Below are positions 13,490-27,967 of a stretch of DNA of 64,000 nucleotides, piece by piece (position 1 is the first letter of the stretch; the number at the start of each line of letters is the position of its first letter). The stretch lies in the NCBI RefSeq assembly GCF_001194135.2, contig NC_068983.1, forward strand, positions 143,384,148-143,448,147, given 5' to 3'. This stretch comes from Octopus bimaculoides (taxonomy: Eukaryota). Below the pieces are notes generated by a model that did not search any database, was not told the DNA's origin, and saw nothing but the letters and a program-made list of their open reading frames with translations. The position numbers and the translations under genes are program-made.

Positions 13490-14598
13490 TCCTGTCTGAG
13501 AGATGGCTGTGCTTGATATGTAAGAAGGGTGTTGATAGAAACTCCATATGTTGTACTCAGAGTAAGCTTTGGACACACAAGAAGTGTAGCGGGATTACCA
13601 GAAGGTTAACAGAGAATATAGCCTTTGTGTGCAGCAAATGTGTAGATACAATAAGCACTAAAAATGCACAGACAATAGACTCCCTCAAATACTTGGGGTG
13701 AACATTAGAAGTAGTAGATAGCTTCTGTTACTTAGGAGACCAAGTTAGCAACAGGGGGGGGGTGCTGAATTCTTATCTTGCTAGGATGAGAATGAGCGAG
13801 ACAAAGTTCAGAGAGCTTCTACTGTTGTTGGTAACTAAGGGCCTCTCCTTCAGAGTGAAAGGCAGATTATATGATGCCTGTGCATACATAACCATGTTAC
13901 AAAGTGAAATATGGGCTTTGACTACAGAGGACTTGCAAAGGTTTGAAAGAAATGAAGCTAGCATGCTCTGCTGAATGGGTAATGTCAGTGTGTATGCAGG
14001 ACAGAGTGGAAACGATTTAAGAGGAAAACTGGGTTATATGATGGGGACAGCTCATCACATGGATGAGGACAGCTGTGTAAAGAAGTGCCAAGCTGTAATT
14101 GTGGAGGATACCTGTGAAAGGGTAGACCCAAGAAGACATGGGATGAAGTGGTGAGAATGGATCTTCAAATGCTGGGCCTCACTGAGGAAATGACAAAGGA
14201 CCAGAAGATGTGGCAATTTGCTGTACTTAATAAAGACACGTCAAGCTAAGTAAAATTACTGTCTTCCACACATACAGGCTTGTCCTTTCAGGTACCAGAG
14301 CTATTTAAAGAGCGCCCATGCTGATGCTGCAGTAATGCACCTGTGTTGGTGCAGTGTAAACACACCCGTGCCTGCGCAGTGTAAACACACCCATGCCTGT
14401 GCTGTGTGAATGAACCTATGCTGGTGGCATGTAAAAGCACCCAGTACACTTAAGTGACTGGCGTTAGGAAAGAATCTAGCCATAGAAACCATGCCACAAC
14501 AGACAGAGTCTGGATAGCTTCCTGCTAGACAGCTCCATGTCAAACCATCCAACCCATGCTAGCATGGGAAGCAAAAGTTAAATGATGATGATGATGAT
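13490..14598 (+). mobile_element. 5'-truncated, degenerate RTE LINE (end of ORF2, 3' UTR, (GAT)n tail)
   Basis: ICKKGVDRNSICC...WTHKKCSGI, FCYLGD, KFRELL..KGLSFRVKGRLY, and GHIxHMDEDSCVKKC..GRPKKTWDEVV motifs; tail aatgatgatgatgatgat. Confidence 0.9.
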
Positions 14599-14639
14599 CA
14601 GTTATCAAACCACAGTTCTTTTCAATGGAGTCTTGAACT

Positions 14640-16620
14640 TCATTCAAAGCTTACAGACCAGTTCTGAATTTTTTTCCACTATTAAATATGTCTTTCAAGA
14701 TCTACATTTGATGTACTCTATTCATCCTTAAGAATCACAGTTGTATCTATTCTTGTTTGAGAGATACATCTAGTTCATTGTGCCTTTTATTTTTTTTGCA
14801 TCAATATCAAACTGGAACTACAGTTTCACAAAGCATTGTTATTGATGATCATATTTGTCAGTACATATAAGAGTTGGAACTTAAGTTTTCTTGAGTATGA
14901 GTTAATGTGATAGCTCAAAAAACATGCAACTCTGTCTGTGACATTTACTTGGTGAATTTGCTTTAAAACTTGCAAGCATATTTTCTGGATGATATGCAGA
15001 TATTTTCATAGGTTTATATCTGATTTTATTGAGCCATGTACACAAGTCATTATCATGAAATTCACAGACCTTGCCAAATACTACTGTTTCTGCTTCTTTA
15101 TCCTTAACCTTTATTTCTGACCAGCCAGCATATGAATCAACAAATAATTCCCAACTGATGTGAGATCCATATATGCAGTGCTCTTTGAGAACAGCATACA
15201 ATCACAAACGTTTTCCTTCCAATATTTAAGTATTTTGTTTCACTGTGGCTAATGCTCTTCTCAAATGTAATAATATAGGATGGCCATCTTATGAAAGTAT
15301 TTCTGATATGGCTCTTTCACCTATATCAGTTGTTCAGGAAACTTCTTTAGCAGTATCATAAATATGGGCTATTGGCTTTGATACTAACATCAGCTTTATA
15401 TGTTCAAATGTCTTTTGTTGCTGGAAATTGATTCCATGCTTACAAAATGATGCAAGCAGCAATATACAGACTGAATAAGGATCAATAATTCTTCAATAGA
15501 AATAAACAAGTCCAAGAAAAGGGTCAAATTGCTTCTTGTCCTCTCGCGGTTTTATAACCATAATTCTCCCTACGAAACAATGAAGTGGTAATATATCCTT
15601 CATTGTTAGTCTATATTCAAAATGGACAATTCATCCATTTCTAACAGATATTGCTCAATTGATGATCATGAGTGGTAATTCTCTTTATATGATCTTATCT
15701 ACTTTGATTTTCAATAATTTTAGCACCAATAACATATATCATCTTGATAAATAACAATCTGAATGTCATTTTCAACATATTCACTAGTTCTCTGAAACAT
15801 AGTGATAGTTGTTTTAATTCCACATGGAAGACATGTCTACCTTAGAATACCCATTAACATATTTATTGTAGTAATTTCTTGTTTCATATCACATTTCCAT
15901 CTGATGATATACCCCCTTTAAATCCAATTTAGCAAAATAATTCAAACCAGAAAGAGAATAAAATAATGATTGTGTTCAGATCAGAATCTGTATGTAATCT
16001 TTCAGTTACACCTATTTTATAGTCTCCATTTACTGATATCTTCATCCACCTTTTCAAACAATCACTGAAGGAAAGGCCCATTTACTACCTCCAAGGGAAT
16101 TTCTTCAAAAAGACCTTTATTAATTAGTTTCCTCAGCTTTGCAATGACTAATGGTTTAATGTGTATTGCAATGGTTTTGCCTCAACATAGCTTGATATTC
16201 CTTTGAGAAGAGTGTTAGCCTTAAAATATCTTAATCACACACTGTCCTGGAGCTTCAATCTCATGAATTAATGTTAAACTATTTATATTCATCATATCCA
16301 TGCCGAGCAAGTCGTGATTTGTTTTCTACATTTAACCACAATAACATTCACAACCTCTACTCTTATCAATTTCCATTGATGTATCAAATTTTCTCCAAAT
16401 TCCAAAATTTCAGTGAGTGATTCATCAAGCTGCTTTATTCTAAGATCACAATTTTGGTTTATTGAAATCCACCTAAAAATTCTGAGATATAGTGACCTGA
16501 CTGCCAGTGACAGTTTACATTTTAAAATTAACAGAGATTCATATTGAGCATTGGAGTGATTTTAGATCAATTTTATAAATACTTATAGAATCTACCTGTT
16601 TGATCCTTTTTTTCTAGTTT
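14640..16620 (-). mobile_element. Degenerate Ty3/Gypsy pol (protease-RT-RNase H-integrase), internally deleted
   Basis: Minus-strand translations with stops and frameshifts: LLGMD (end of protease); SKWAFPSVIV..GDYKIGV; YFAKLDLKGVYHQ; YQDD (15738-15749); QKTFEHIKLML..YDTAKEV.TTD..DGHP (RNase H); VDSYAGWSE...SAYHPE (integrase). Confidence 0.9.
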
Positions 16621-17339
16621 TAAAAAAAGCCTTAAAGTGATTATCCTACACACACACACACACACATGATGTAAGGTTTACCAAATGCATCATATTTTGA
16701 TGATGCATGTTTATATCCACAAGATTTATACAGGTTTCTTTTAATAAGTAACACAGTGATATCATTAAGATCACTTCCCTACCCAATCATCTAAAATTCA
16801 AAAATTTTCAGCTGATGAGAGAATTCAAGGCATGCATTAAACTTCAGATCACCTGATTAAAGCTAGTCTAATGCCTTCACCCAATGCTCTATAAGTCTTA
16901 TTTGAATCTTATCTTCTGCACTCTATCTTTTGGTTCCAGTTTTCACAAATTCACAAAAAGTGAATTGACTCAATTTCTGAGAATAAATAAAATCAGATTT
17001 TGAGGTTATAAAAGTTTGACTTTCAGTAATTACATTTTTACGATGGGGGACATTATTGTAGATCAACATCATTAATTAAATGTTCAATTTTCCATGCTTG
17101 CTTGGGTTGTATAGAATTTGTTGAGGTGGATTTTCTACAGCCAGATGCCCATTTTGTCACTACCCCTCTGCTGTTCTAGGAAAGATAAGATTTCCTCATG
17201 ACCAGACATGTTTTCACAAAAGATTGGAAATGAAGGACAACACTTACATGATGGTGGCATCTGTTTACAACTACCACACAATATCAAGGCAAGGAGATAG
17301 TAACACACATGCATGCACATATATACATACATACATACA

Positions 17340-17720
17340 TCATCATCGTTTAACGTCCACTTTCCATACTGGCATGGGTTGGACAGTCTGACTGGGAACT
17401 GGTGAGCCAGATGGCTGCACCAAGCTCCAATCTGATCTAGCAGAGTTTCTACAGCTGGATGCCCTTCCTAACACCAACCACTCCAAGACTGTAGAGGGTG
17501 TGTTTACATACCACTGGCATGAGGGCCAGTCAGGCGGTACTGGCAACGGCCACACTCAAATGGTGTTTTTACATGTCATCTGCACAGGAGCCAGTCCAGC
17601 GGCACTGGCAACGCCCTCGCTCGAATGCTGTTTTTCCCCTACCACTGGCACAAGTGCCAGTAAGGCGACGCTAGTAACGATCACACTCAAATGGTGCTTT
17701 TTACGTGTCACTGGCACATA
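17340..17720 (-). mobile_element. RTE 3' UTR with internal tandem units and (GAT)n tail
   Basis: catcatcgtttaacgtcc...ccatactggcatgggttggac...gatgcccttcctaac plus repeated approximately 70-bp actggca units. Confidence 0.85.
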
Positions 17721-18094
17721 TAATTGAAGAAATTGGAATCAACAAGAAGTACGGTTGGGCAATTAATTTTTAATCACAATTGTTTCCACCCAACATGGTT
17801 CTCCAAAAATTCAGGTATTTGATTATGCAACAGTTTGTTTGCATAATGAGATCCAGTTGTGTTTCCTCAAGTGTTGTCTCCATTAGTTTAAAATCTTTGA
17901 CTTCAAGGCCATTCCATCTGTCCATCTGTCTTGGTTTGAATTTGGTAGCAGTTGGTAGATTTATGTTTGCTGCCAGAGTGTGTTTGTTGGACTGCTATGA
18001 GTAGTAGTAGATGGTTGTTTTGGTACCAGCTGATCACTGACCTGTTCTTCATGGTTGGCTGCACATGTGAATTTTATTAGCTTCAGTATTCAGA

Positions 18095-18270
18095 TACATA
18101 CATGCACATATCTATATCTATATATCAGGCTTTTTTTCAGTTTTTGCCAAGCAAATCAACTTGCAAGGCTTTGGTAATCCTGGGACTGTAATGCAAGAAA
18201 CTTGCCCAAAGTACACACAGTGGGATTAGACCTGGAACAATGTAGTTGGGAAGCAAACTTCTTACTACAC
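18095..18270 (-). mobile_element. tRNA-derived SINE, family B (decayed)
   Basis: Reverse complement of gtaagaagtttgcttcccaac...ccactg...ttgggcaagt...caaagccttg. Confidence 0.7.
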
Positions 18271-21200
18271 AGTCACATCAGTACCTATCATACTGCTAAA
18301 ATTCATTTTCTTATATACTTTACGAGTTTCACCATTACTGAAACCTCTCATAGAGCCATCATATTTGGTTTAAATAAAAACAGACCTAATCTTTAGAGTC
18401 TTGTTGTAGTCACAAAATATGACAACCAAGCCTCTATCACATCTGGGTCATTGACTTGTACAACATTTATCCTAATACAGCAGTTGCATGTGATCCATTA
18501 TATTCAAAGGTTTCATTCAACTGAATGACCAAGCTGTTACATCAAACAAATAATCATATGCAAGTACACAAATGAATGCAATAATGACATCACACAGACA
18601 AGTATATAACCAAATTTCCAGGACTTACAAATAGACACAATATATAGACAACAGCAACACTAGGCACTGCATACATATTACGCAGAATACCATATAATAG
18701 AAAATACAAAACCGAAACAGAAACACTGCACATCATACTCAAGACTGACAAAGCTGTATAGACTTAAGCACAGTGAAAACACTGAAACAAGACCATTGAA
18801 TAATATTGCATTCTTTGTAACAATGTAGTGAAAAGAATACCAAAACATAATTAAAAGAAGTGTCTGGAATGAATCAACAGAATTTCTAGCCAGAAATTTG
18901 ACCCAAATAAACCCAACAACCCATTTTTTTGTGATGTGAGAGTGTTAATAAACTTTTTACCATTTCAAATCATTAGTGTACCAATATACTTATTCACGTT
19001 CCTCCCCTTCTAATCTCCAATGACATTTTGTCTCATACTGCCTCTGGAGAGTTGTAACAAGCTGAAATTTGAAGATGTTATACCAAGCTCAGAAAATGTC
19101 AATAGTATACATCCCATTTACAGTTCAGAAATGTGTCACTACTAAAGATAGTTCCCAGTGGTACAATTTCCTCTTACAAACCTCCAATTTCCAAGTTCAA
19201 ATCCTCACAGGAGTTAAACCATGAATTTTAATTGACATTCCTATCCAGGAAAAGATAGGTTTTTTTAAGTACTTAAAAATTATGAAAAATAAGTTACATT
19301 CCATGCGCCTTTAATAGCCAGAGGTCAATTTAAGTTCAGTAGCATAAAGGAATTCAGGACAGCAACACACCCACCCNNNNNNNNNNNNNNNNNNNNNNNN
19401 NNNNNNNNNNNNNNNNNNNNNNNNNNNNNNNNNNNNNNNNNNNNNNNAATTCTGACCGCCATTCTTTATATATTTGCACACATATGCATACTTTCGATTT
19501 TTCGCTTTTATTTATTTCTTTTTACCCCTTTTAGTCATGTTTTTTGTTTTTATTTTGGGGGATACACTTTACTGACACTAGTTACAATAGTACCAGGAAT
19601 GTTCTTGGCGTCACCAAAGTGGAAAAAAAAGAGTTAAGTTTTTGAAAATTAGAAACAAAAAGGCTTGGTTTTTATAAAGCTGCTGTAGAGATGTGAAAAT
19701 ATGGCTACTACTTGTAAATTTCAAATCAAACTTACCAAAGTCTTCCAGCACCCCCCAGGTCTTAACGCCCACTCCTAGCACCCCTTTGCTCCAAAATTTC
19801 CTCCTTGAGCTCCAAATGCCACCCCCACCCCTGACCATATGACCCCCATTGAGAACCTTTGGTTTAGAGCAAATCTATGTTTAAACAGCAAAGTGTAACT
19901 CTTACTAAATGACTTGAACTGTTGAGAGTTAAGTGTCAAGGTCATGGACACCATGCACAGTCAGTAGCAGTATATGAATTGGTGGCATCAGATGACTTTC
20001 CAGTAACCTGTCAACTTCAACTATCTGTGTTATATACCCTCATCTTTTAATATTTCAGTACAACTCTTAGTTTGACACATCATTAAATTACTCAGGATAG
20101 CTTTACATGTACACTTGCCAAATGGAATTCTGAAAGAGATTTTAATTCAATAACAGAATTTTACTGTTTTATCTTTTTTTAATTTCATTATGTTGGTGAT
20201 ACTGACATGGTTGACTAATTAACCCTTCTACATTCACTAGTATCTCTAGAAATTATCTACAAAACGAAATGTAGCATTAAACAATATCTCGGTTAACAAC
20301 TTTGATCTACCTCTTATTCGATGATCTTTCACAAGCTTCACCCGTATACTAATTGAATTTCTGCCAACTAATTTCTTAACATGTTCATCTCAGTCTATCT
20401 GCTACTAGCAACATTTGATATCAAAATCAAAGCATTCTCTACGTTTCCATGAACTTAGTCCATGTCTTCAAATTAATTATACCAAATTTTTCTGTTTCCT
20501 CTCTGTTTTCTGCTTTCATAAATTTCATTAATAAAACAAAACCCAGAGTCTAGTAAAAGATTTAGAGAAGGAATAGGTTATCTTCATATATGACTACAGT
20601 ATATCAATTCACTATTATAAATACAGAGCAAATCATTATCAATGTATTTTTAACAGCATGGGTTTGATAGTAAGAAGTTTTTTCCTATCTTCATTTTTCC
20701 CAACTTTATGTATGAAGATCAACAATATCTAACCTCACTAGTTAATGTTAAATCTTTAATCTTTCTTTACTGTAGACGTTTTTGATCCACTTAGTCATAA
20801 GAGATGTACGCCCAGTATGTATAATCTATTACATGTGCATTCCAAAACATTCGTCTCTCCTGTATAGATCAGCTTAGCTCATGTATGCTAAATTACTTTC
20901 TCATTCAACTCCTGTATTCAGTCTAATTACACTAAAATTGTTTCTCACAAACCATTGCAGATATAGTTGTGAGATTAAGTTTGCTATGCAATCGTATTGT
21001 ATCAGGTTCAATCCTGCAATACAGTACCTTAGGAAATTCACCAGTACCATAGCATTGTATTGACACAACTTATGAATGAAACTGTGCAAAAGTCCAGCAA
21101 ATGGTCTGTACCTATTATTGGATGATAAAGTTAATATAAAGAGCAATATAAGACCAATGCCTGGTCTTTGAGTACCTTTCTTGAAAGCCCACTTTTCTTT

Positions 21201-22220
21201 GAGAACAGGCTCTCAAAAAAAAAAAAAGAAAAAGAAAAAAAGCTCTTGGATACTGCTCTTCTGAAGTCATGAAATTTGTAGCCTAGGATTGAACTAGCTT
21301 TCTGTGTACAATGATGTGGTATATAGTTAGTGGAGCAGAGAAATGTTTTGCATTTACTCCACAATCTGGTTTTAATTTCTTATCGTAACTATTTCACTTT
21401 ATTTCTTTTAATATTCAAGAAAGGCATTAACATCATCAAATCACTCACTCTCTCCTAATGCTCTCTCTAGCAGACAATTATTACAGAAGCTTTATTCAGC
21501 AACATATTTTACAAGATTATGGTAAATGTTGAGTAAATGTAAAAAAGCATTACATGTAGAAAAGATAAACTGGACACTATCAAAATTACATACTAAATCA
21601 GTTTCATTATTTCAAATACCAACTACAAAAACTCAATTTCTACTTCTGACAACTACTTCTCAACCTAGTTTAAATTGATAAATGTAAAAGAATTTAATAA
21701 AAATAGGAAAATACCAAGAATATTTAATAATCTCCTGAAAGTGACATTTAAAAATCTAGTTATAATATTTTTTAATCCTAAAATTTCATATAATTCACCT
21801 TGCTTGTCTTCATAAAAGAGTTAATACTAATCAGTTGAGATTAAAATGATACAGATATGAGCTAAGACATCCTCCCCCACCACCACCGTTTCATTAGATT
21901 TAGAGCCAGATAGGCTTTAAACATTTTCAAAAAATGGTTACAGATATATCTTAGTATTTTCAATTCTAAATATGATAGAACATGTCAATTGTACAGATTG
22001 TTTCATCTTGTTACCAACCCATATACAACTAGGTCTTTACAGACTACTTGTGTGAAGCAGAATAGACTTGTGAGATTAATATGCAAATCAACTGGATACA
22101 AGGTCATGAGTTCTAATCTTGTGACAGCCACCACTATATCACCTAACCACATTTGTACAGTTATTTTTATAGACTGAATTATCTGTAAATTATCATGGCC
22201 AGCTTTACATTTTATCTCTT

Positions 22221-22384
22221 CTCTCTGAGTGGTTGGCGTTAGGAAGGGCATCCAGCTGTAGAAACTCTGCCAAATTTAGATTGGAGCCTGGTGTTGCCAT
22301 CCGGTTTCACCAGTCCTCAGTCAAGTCGTCCAACCCATGCTAGCATGGAAAGCGGACATTAAACGATGATGATGATGATGATGA
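22221..22384 (+). mobile_element. Young 5'-truncated RTE 3' tail
   Basis: About 97% identical (4 differences in about 140 nt) to 42490-42648; ends in (GAT)n. Confidence 0.95.
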
Positions 22385-22449
22385 AAGAGATGAATTAAAT
22401 ACTGAAATGCATTTCCTCCAGTATTGTACAGTCTCATCTAATTATTCCA

Positions 22450-22640
22450 TAGGCACAAGGTCTCAGATTTGAGGGCAAGAAACAATTATACTGACCCTAG
22501 TACTTGACTGGTATTCTATTTTATTGAAATCCAGAAAGACGAAAGGCAAAGGTGACTTCAATTGAATTTGAACTCAGAACATAAAAAGCCAAAACATACT
22601 GCAAGGCATTTTGTCAGATGCACAAATTATTCTGCCAGAA
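22450..22640 (-). mobile_element. SINE family A
   Basis: ttgactggtatt...gaaaggcaaagg...atttgaactcagaac. Confidence 0.75.
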
Positions 22641-23108
22641 ATAAGATTAAAAAACAGTGGAAGGAGAGCATATCCAATTATTGTGACTCCAGTACTTGAT
22701 TGGTATTACTTTATCAACACCATAAAGATGTAAGGTAAAACTGACTCTGTGCTATTTAGATGCATCCTTTGGATTTGTAAATCACTAAAGTAGTTTGTTT
22801 GCTACTGCTGTAACAATTCTCCAGCTTCTTACTTACTTGTATAAGTTTGTATGGTTAACAAAAGGTTCTACTCTCACATAAAGGAGTAACAGCTACAATT
22901 ACCTTTCTTTGAAAAAGGAGGTCTACCTAAAATATTAGTTTGCTGTAGGATAGACAAACAATGTATTCTGCTTTGTGAAATTTCTATTTATTAATTGCCA
23001 ACATAGGGGTATCTAAAGAAACTAGTGATGCTCTATTTCAATAAGCATAAAATTGTTTGTTCAGACTATTTTGCAAATGTTGACATTTGCATAATCATTC
23101 AATTCAAG

Positions 23109-23144
<36 letters not shown>

Positions 23145-25560
23145 TGTAAAATAGTTTGAGGGTAATTAGAAATAGATGGTAAATATCAACAAAGCTTTCC
23201 ATCAACAACATGATATTCTGGTTCACTATGATGAGTTGCTAAGATTGCTTAAAAACATACATGGTAGTGTTTCAATTAGATTACTGAACAACTAAAATTT
23301 CTTCTATGTATTTAAGATCTTGTATTAATATGCATAGCAACAACATACACTCGAGTCACAACCATGAAATGGGTTTTACATGAGAAGCAAAAACAGAAAG
23401 CTGTAATATTCTCATGCTTTATCCACTTCAAATGACACCAGCCATGAATCGAAAACTGATTATATACTTGTTGAGAGATTACTTCTAATGTAAAACACTA
23501 ACTAATAATATTTCTAATAATGAAGACCTATTGAGGAAGCATCAACATGGTCATTTGACCTGTTGGAAATAGCAAGCAGACTGCCTTCAAACTACACCCA
23601 ACAATCTTAAAAAGAATACTTTAGATACTGCAGTCTTAGATACGTCATAACTTGGATGAGAAAACCCAGAAATGGTCATGACTGGAATGCCTTTAATCAT
23701 TAGGTCCGATTGGTCAGAGTTGACTAGATTATTTCAGTTCTTATAAGATATCTCAGTGCTTAAGGGGTACAGAGCACATGTTTCTGGAGCTGAGAATTTT
23801 ATTAGAAAGATAATGCCTGCACTTCTAGTTTTCCATATTTTCTTTAACCCCAAGTATATTTCAAGCTGATTCTTGTCAGAAATGAAAATTAGACCATGGA
23901 CTTTCACTACAACAAGCTGACCTCTTGACCAAACAGTCTTTACCTCCTCATTGATATGATAATGATTATATAAATTCAGCATAAGAAATTATATAGAAAG
24001 AAATAATTAGAATTTATTATTTTTCAAATCAAGACATTCAGAATAATTACCAAGTAATAATTACCAAACTTTAAAAATTCATGAGTTGACATACATAATA
24101 ATTTAGAACTCATTAATTAAGAATATAAATTCAAAAATTTGGATTTCAAACTAATGTAAAGTTATTCATAATCATATTAAAAAATTAAGCTTGTATTAAT
24201 TTAATGTGAATTCTTTTTCAGATGATTTATTTCAAATTTACAAGAGCAGAATATTTTTGCAGAGCTGCAATGCATAATCTTTAACCTTAATGTTTAACAA
24301 AGGTGACAATTATTAACCTAATTATGAGTATTCTTTCCCTTCTTCTCCATCATCAAAAAATAGGGCATGGTTCTCATTTTTAGTTGTTGCAAAGATTCTT
24401 TTAAGGAGATAAGATTGCTAAACTGGATATAGGGAGTGACTATAGAATTTCGCTTGAATGTTTGAAATAATCTATTCTGCCTCTCTAGAATGGATACTAT
24501 GAGAATTTTAGAAAAAAATACATAAAAAGATAGCATAATAGAATTCTAATATAGAATCACTGCATGATGGGTTGTAATGTGTGGTTCTCAATTTCATGAT
24601 ACACAAAAAAGCATGATCATAACTAATGCCTTCAATCATAGATCTATTGTTGGTCATAACTTGTAACTAACCACCAACAATAAACTTGGACCACAAAACC
24701 TCTGGGTTATTTAAATATTTCAAAGGCTACTTCACTGTTACAGTTTTGCACAAGAGACAGCCGACAACTCATCAACATTTAACAATAAGAAAATAACCTG
24801 TAGCAACTAGAGTAATGTGTTGGATTAAAACAATGTTTACCAAATTATGACGTTTACCTCTACTGGATAAATTAAATTCATTCGAAAACGATAAATATCA
24901 AATTAAGTTCCAAACTGCCAAGTTAAATATTTAATGTTACACAAGTCTTTCTTTTTATTCAAGAGTAACTCTTAGCTTGATTAAATCAAGAGTGAAAAAT
25001 CTTTCTACTTGTTAAATGGAAGACAAAAATTGGTTTTAGGTTAACTGATCTTGCTGTTAGTTAAATCAAGAGTAAGATGGTCAGTTGACTTAAGGGATAG
25101 CTGGTTATATTACTCTGAAGAAGTTGTGTTGTATGTTTGGCCAAATACTTAGGTACAATTTACTTATTTACTATTACACAGAAGCACAACTCAGACAGAG
25201 TGTAGGACCAGAAGAAGGCTTAACTTAGCACTAATTTTTTCAAGTTTTCCTCTGGTCCTAAATACAAACCTTTTTTTATTGTTATAAAAGAGAAGGAAAC
25301 ATGATGTGCATGATATTTTGGAAAAGGTGACTGCAGGAAAAAACATAAGCATCAAGATATCTTTAGAGCATAGTCCAAATTTAAATGCTTTCAACACAAA
25401 AAGTCAGGTAATGTTGGTGTTAGCGTTATTGCGAGATTAAGTCTGCCACCCAAAAAAGGTACCCAAGCAACCATATGATGGTATTAAACCAAATAACCAA
25501 TTAAGTCTACAATTTGTCTTCAGGGAGCTAAACACAGAGGGCATAAACAAGGACTGACAA

Positions 25561-25732
25561 AGGGATAAAGTCGATTACATCGACCCTAGTGCGTAACTGG
25601 TACTTATTTAAGCAACTCCAAAAGGATGAAAGGCAAAGTCAACCTCAAGGGAATTTGAACTTAGAATGTAATGGCAGACAAAATACCGCTAAGCATTTCA
25701 CCCAGTATGCTAATGATTCTGCCAGCTTGCTA
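25561..25732 (-). mobile_element. SINE family A
   Basis: Near-complete copy: gtcgattacatcgacc...ggatgaaaggcaaagtcaacc...ccgctaagcatttc...attctgccagcttgc. Confidence 0.9.
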
Positions 25733-27659
25733 CCCTTGGTCTCTATATTAAGACAACAAAGAATTATTCAGAGAGTTTGGCTCCTGTATTGCAGGTTTGA
25801 TAGATGTATGAAAATTTCATTTTATGATGAGGGTAATAACTAGAAATATCTTGTTTAACGTAGGACGGAATATTCTAAACTCAAAACTATAATCATATAT
25901 CAAAGCAAACTCACAGAAATAAGAGAAATTCTAACCACAATTTGACAGACTTTTATAAAAATAACAAAAAATATGTACAAATAAAAAATGGCACCAACTC
26001 ATTTGTTTTAAATATCTGTAGTACATTTTACTGAAATAATATGCAAAACAGAAGGTACTCTTTTACCTTAAACAACAATGAATAGCTAGATAATTTATAG
26101 CATTAAGAACACTCATTAAATGGTTCAAAAGGAGCAAGGGTCCAATTAAGGACATAAGGGTTTTCATTTAATACTAAAACAGATGACCTGACATTTAAGT
26201 CTATCAGATTAAGCATTAGATATTCCAAAGGCAACAGACAAGCAAAATCTTAATTCATATTACAGTGAAATAACATTATGAGTTGTTAAGTAGAATCTGT
26301 TGGATAAAGTTACAATCTAAAGCAATAACCTTAATTCCATACTTTTCAGTAAAATGACACTTTAACATTCTGCAAGGCAAGGCTTGCTGGATATAATTTC
26401 TGTGGTATCCAACAAATGAAAAAAGGCAACAAAAAATAACTTGATAAACAGTGAAGAAGGTTGATAATATTTTCTAAGAGAAACTAATAAGGGTGTATTG
26501 TTAATGCCAGTAGTTTAAAAGTTCACTTTCCACTAAGTTCATCTCATTTTGAAAAGCATTTAATAACCACAGTTCTTTATCCGAAGACACCCAAAAGAGC
26601 AAATGCCTAATATGGTGTAAAATACTTCTCAAAATATCAATGTACACTTGAAAATTCAAAATCAATAAAAACATGAAGTTAGAATCTATTATACAAAAAT
26701 TAATGGTGATAATTTTTTTAGTCCCAGGTCAGCCTGTTACAGCAAACCTACAATCAAAAGCGTCCCTGTTGCAACCATCTCATCTATTTTCAACCAAAGT
26801 ACATGTAGAACTACTTTTATCTAATGTGTACTTTCTTTAAAATAGAAAAATGGGATATAAGCAGACATGGGTGTAATTTCTAACAGTTTTAACAAGAGAC
26901 TCTGCTAACTGAACACAAGGATAATTGCTGTTTAGCCACAAATCACCTTTGATTGGGCAGACCTTTGCTCAAAAGCATTCCAACCAAGACCATCCCATCC
27001 CATCTTATTTATGTCAGGCATAATGTTTCTGATACTTATTTTATCAACTCCAAAAGGATGAAAGGCAAAGTGAAAATTACATGAAGATAGCAGGGCATGA
27101 TATGAGGTAATAGAGCTGTCATTTTCAAGTAAATTCAGTGACCAGATAAAGACACCCCAGTTAGCCCAACAATACATAACAAATCAATGAGGGATCCTCA
27201 AAGTGTACTCGAGAATTTTAAAAGTAGCAGCCAAATACTCCTTAGATTATGTTATATTACTTTTTAAAAAAATTATACAAAGAAGGCAGGCCATCTTTGA
27301 TAATGTAGTTCTGGATATACTATATCAGAAAAATGAAAAAAACAAAAAAACAACCCAAGATTGTAATGTCTAGAGTGGCTGATCAGAAGGTCTACTTTAT
27401 TAAGGTTGACTGACTGTGTGCATGTGTGTGTGAGGGGATAAACAGCCCTACATGGCCCTTTGCTGCTTTTAGCAAAGTCCATGTTGTTACAAACATTTGG
27501 ATTAGGTCTCCAGTCTGAGAACTTTCACCAGTCATGGATGACCTGAGAAAGATCCTAAACACTGCCCTTCCTTCTATGAAAAAGCTCTTCATCATCTTTT
27601 AACATCCATTTTCTGTACTGGCATGGATTGGATGTGTATTAATAATAATCTCTTCTACT

Positions 27660-27850
27660 ATAGGAACAAGGCCTGAAATTTTGGGGGAGGAGACTAGTCA
27701 ATTATGTCAATCCTAGTGATCAGCTGGTGCTTATTTTATTGAAAGGATGGAAAGCAAAGTCAACCTTGGTGAAAATTGAACTTGGAATGTAAAAATGGAT
27801 GAAATGCTTAGCAGCATTTTATCTAGCATATTACCACTTCTGCCAGCTTA
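27660..27850 (-). mobile_element. SINE family A
   Basis: Same motif chain as 25561-25732. Confidence 0.8.
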
Positions 27851-27967
27851 ACACATTTATAATAATTCGTTATAATTTTTGCACAAGGCCAGCAATTTTA
27901 ATAGGCATCAAGTGGATTACCCCAACTAAGTACCCCCACCTTAAAAAAGCAAAAAAAAAAAAAAACA

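Noticed and set aside
17505-17720. Repeated approximately 70-bp units resembling a repeat-spacer array
   Set aside because: Internal tandem units of the RTE 3' UTR; no unique spacers, no cas genes, eukaryotic context
17780-18010. Codon-like minus-strand stretch (LPTATKFKPRQMDRWNGLEVKDFKLMETT...)
   Set aside because: No recognisable family, no clear splice sites, bounded by stops
18629-18676. MYAVPSVAVVYILCLF followed by GTAAGT on the minus strand (phase 0)
   Set aside because: Hydrophobic and in phase, but lacks LQL and the CC motif and lies in low-complexity AC-rich DNA; cannot be supported as exon 1
19550-19870. C-rich segment with a hAT-like right end (attgagaacc) and G-quadruplex potential on the minus strand
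   Set aside because: Left end not identified (near an N gap) and no TSD; too weak to classify
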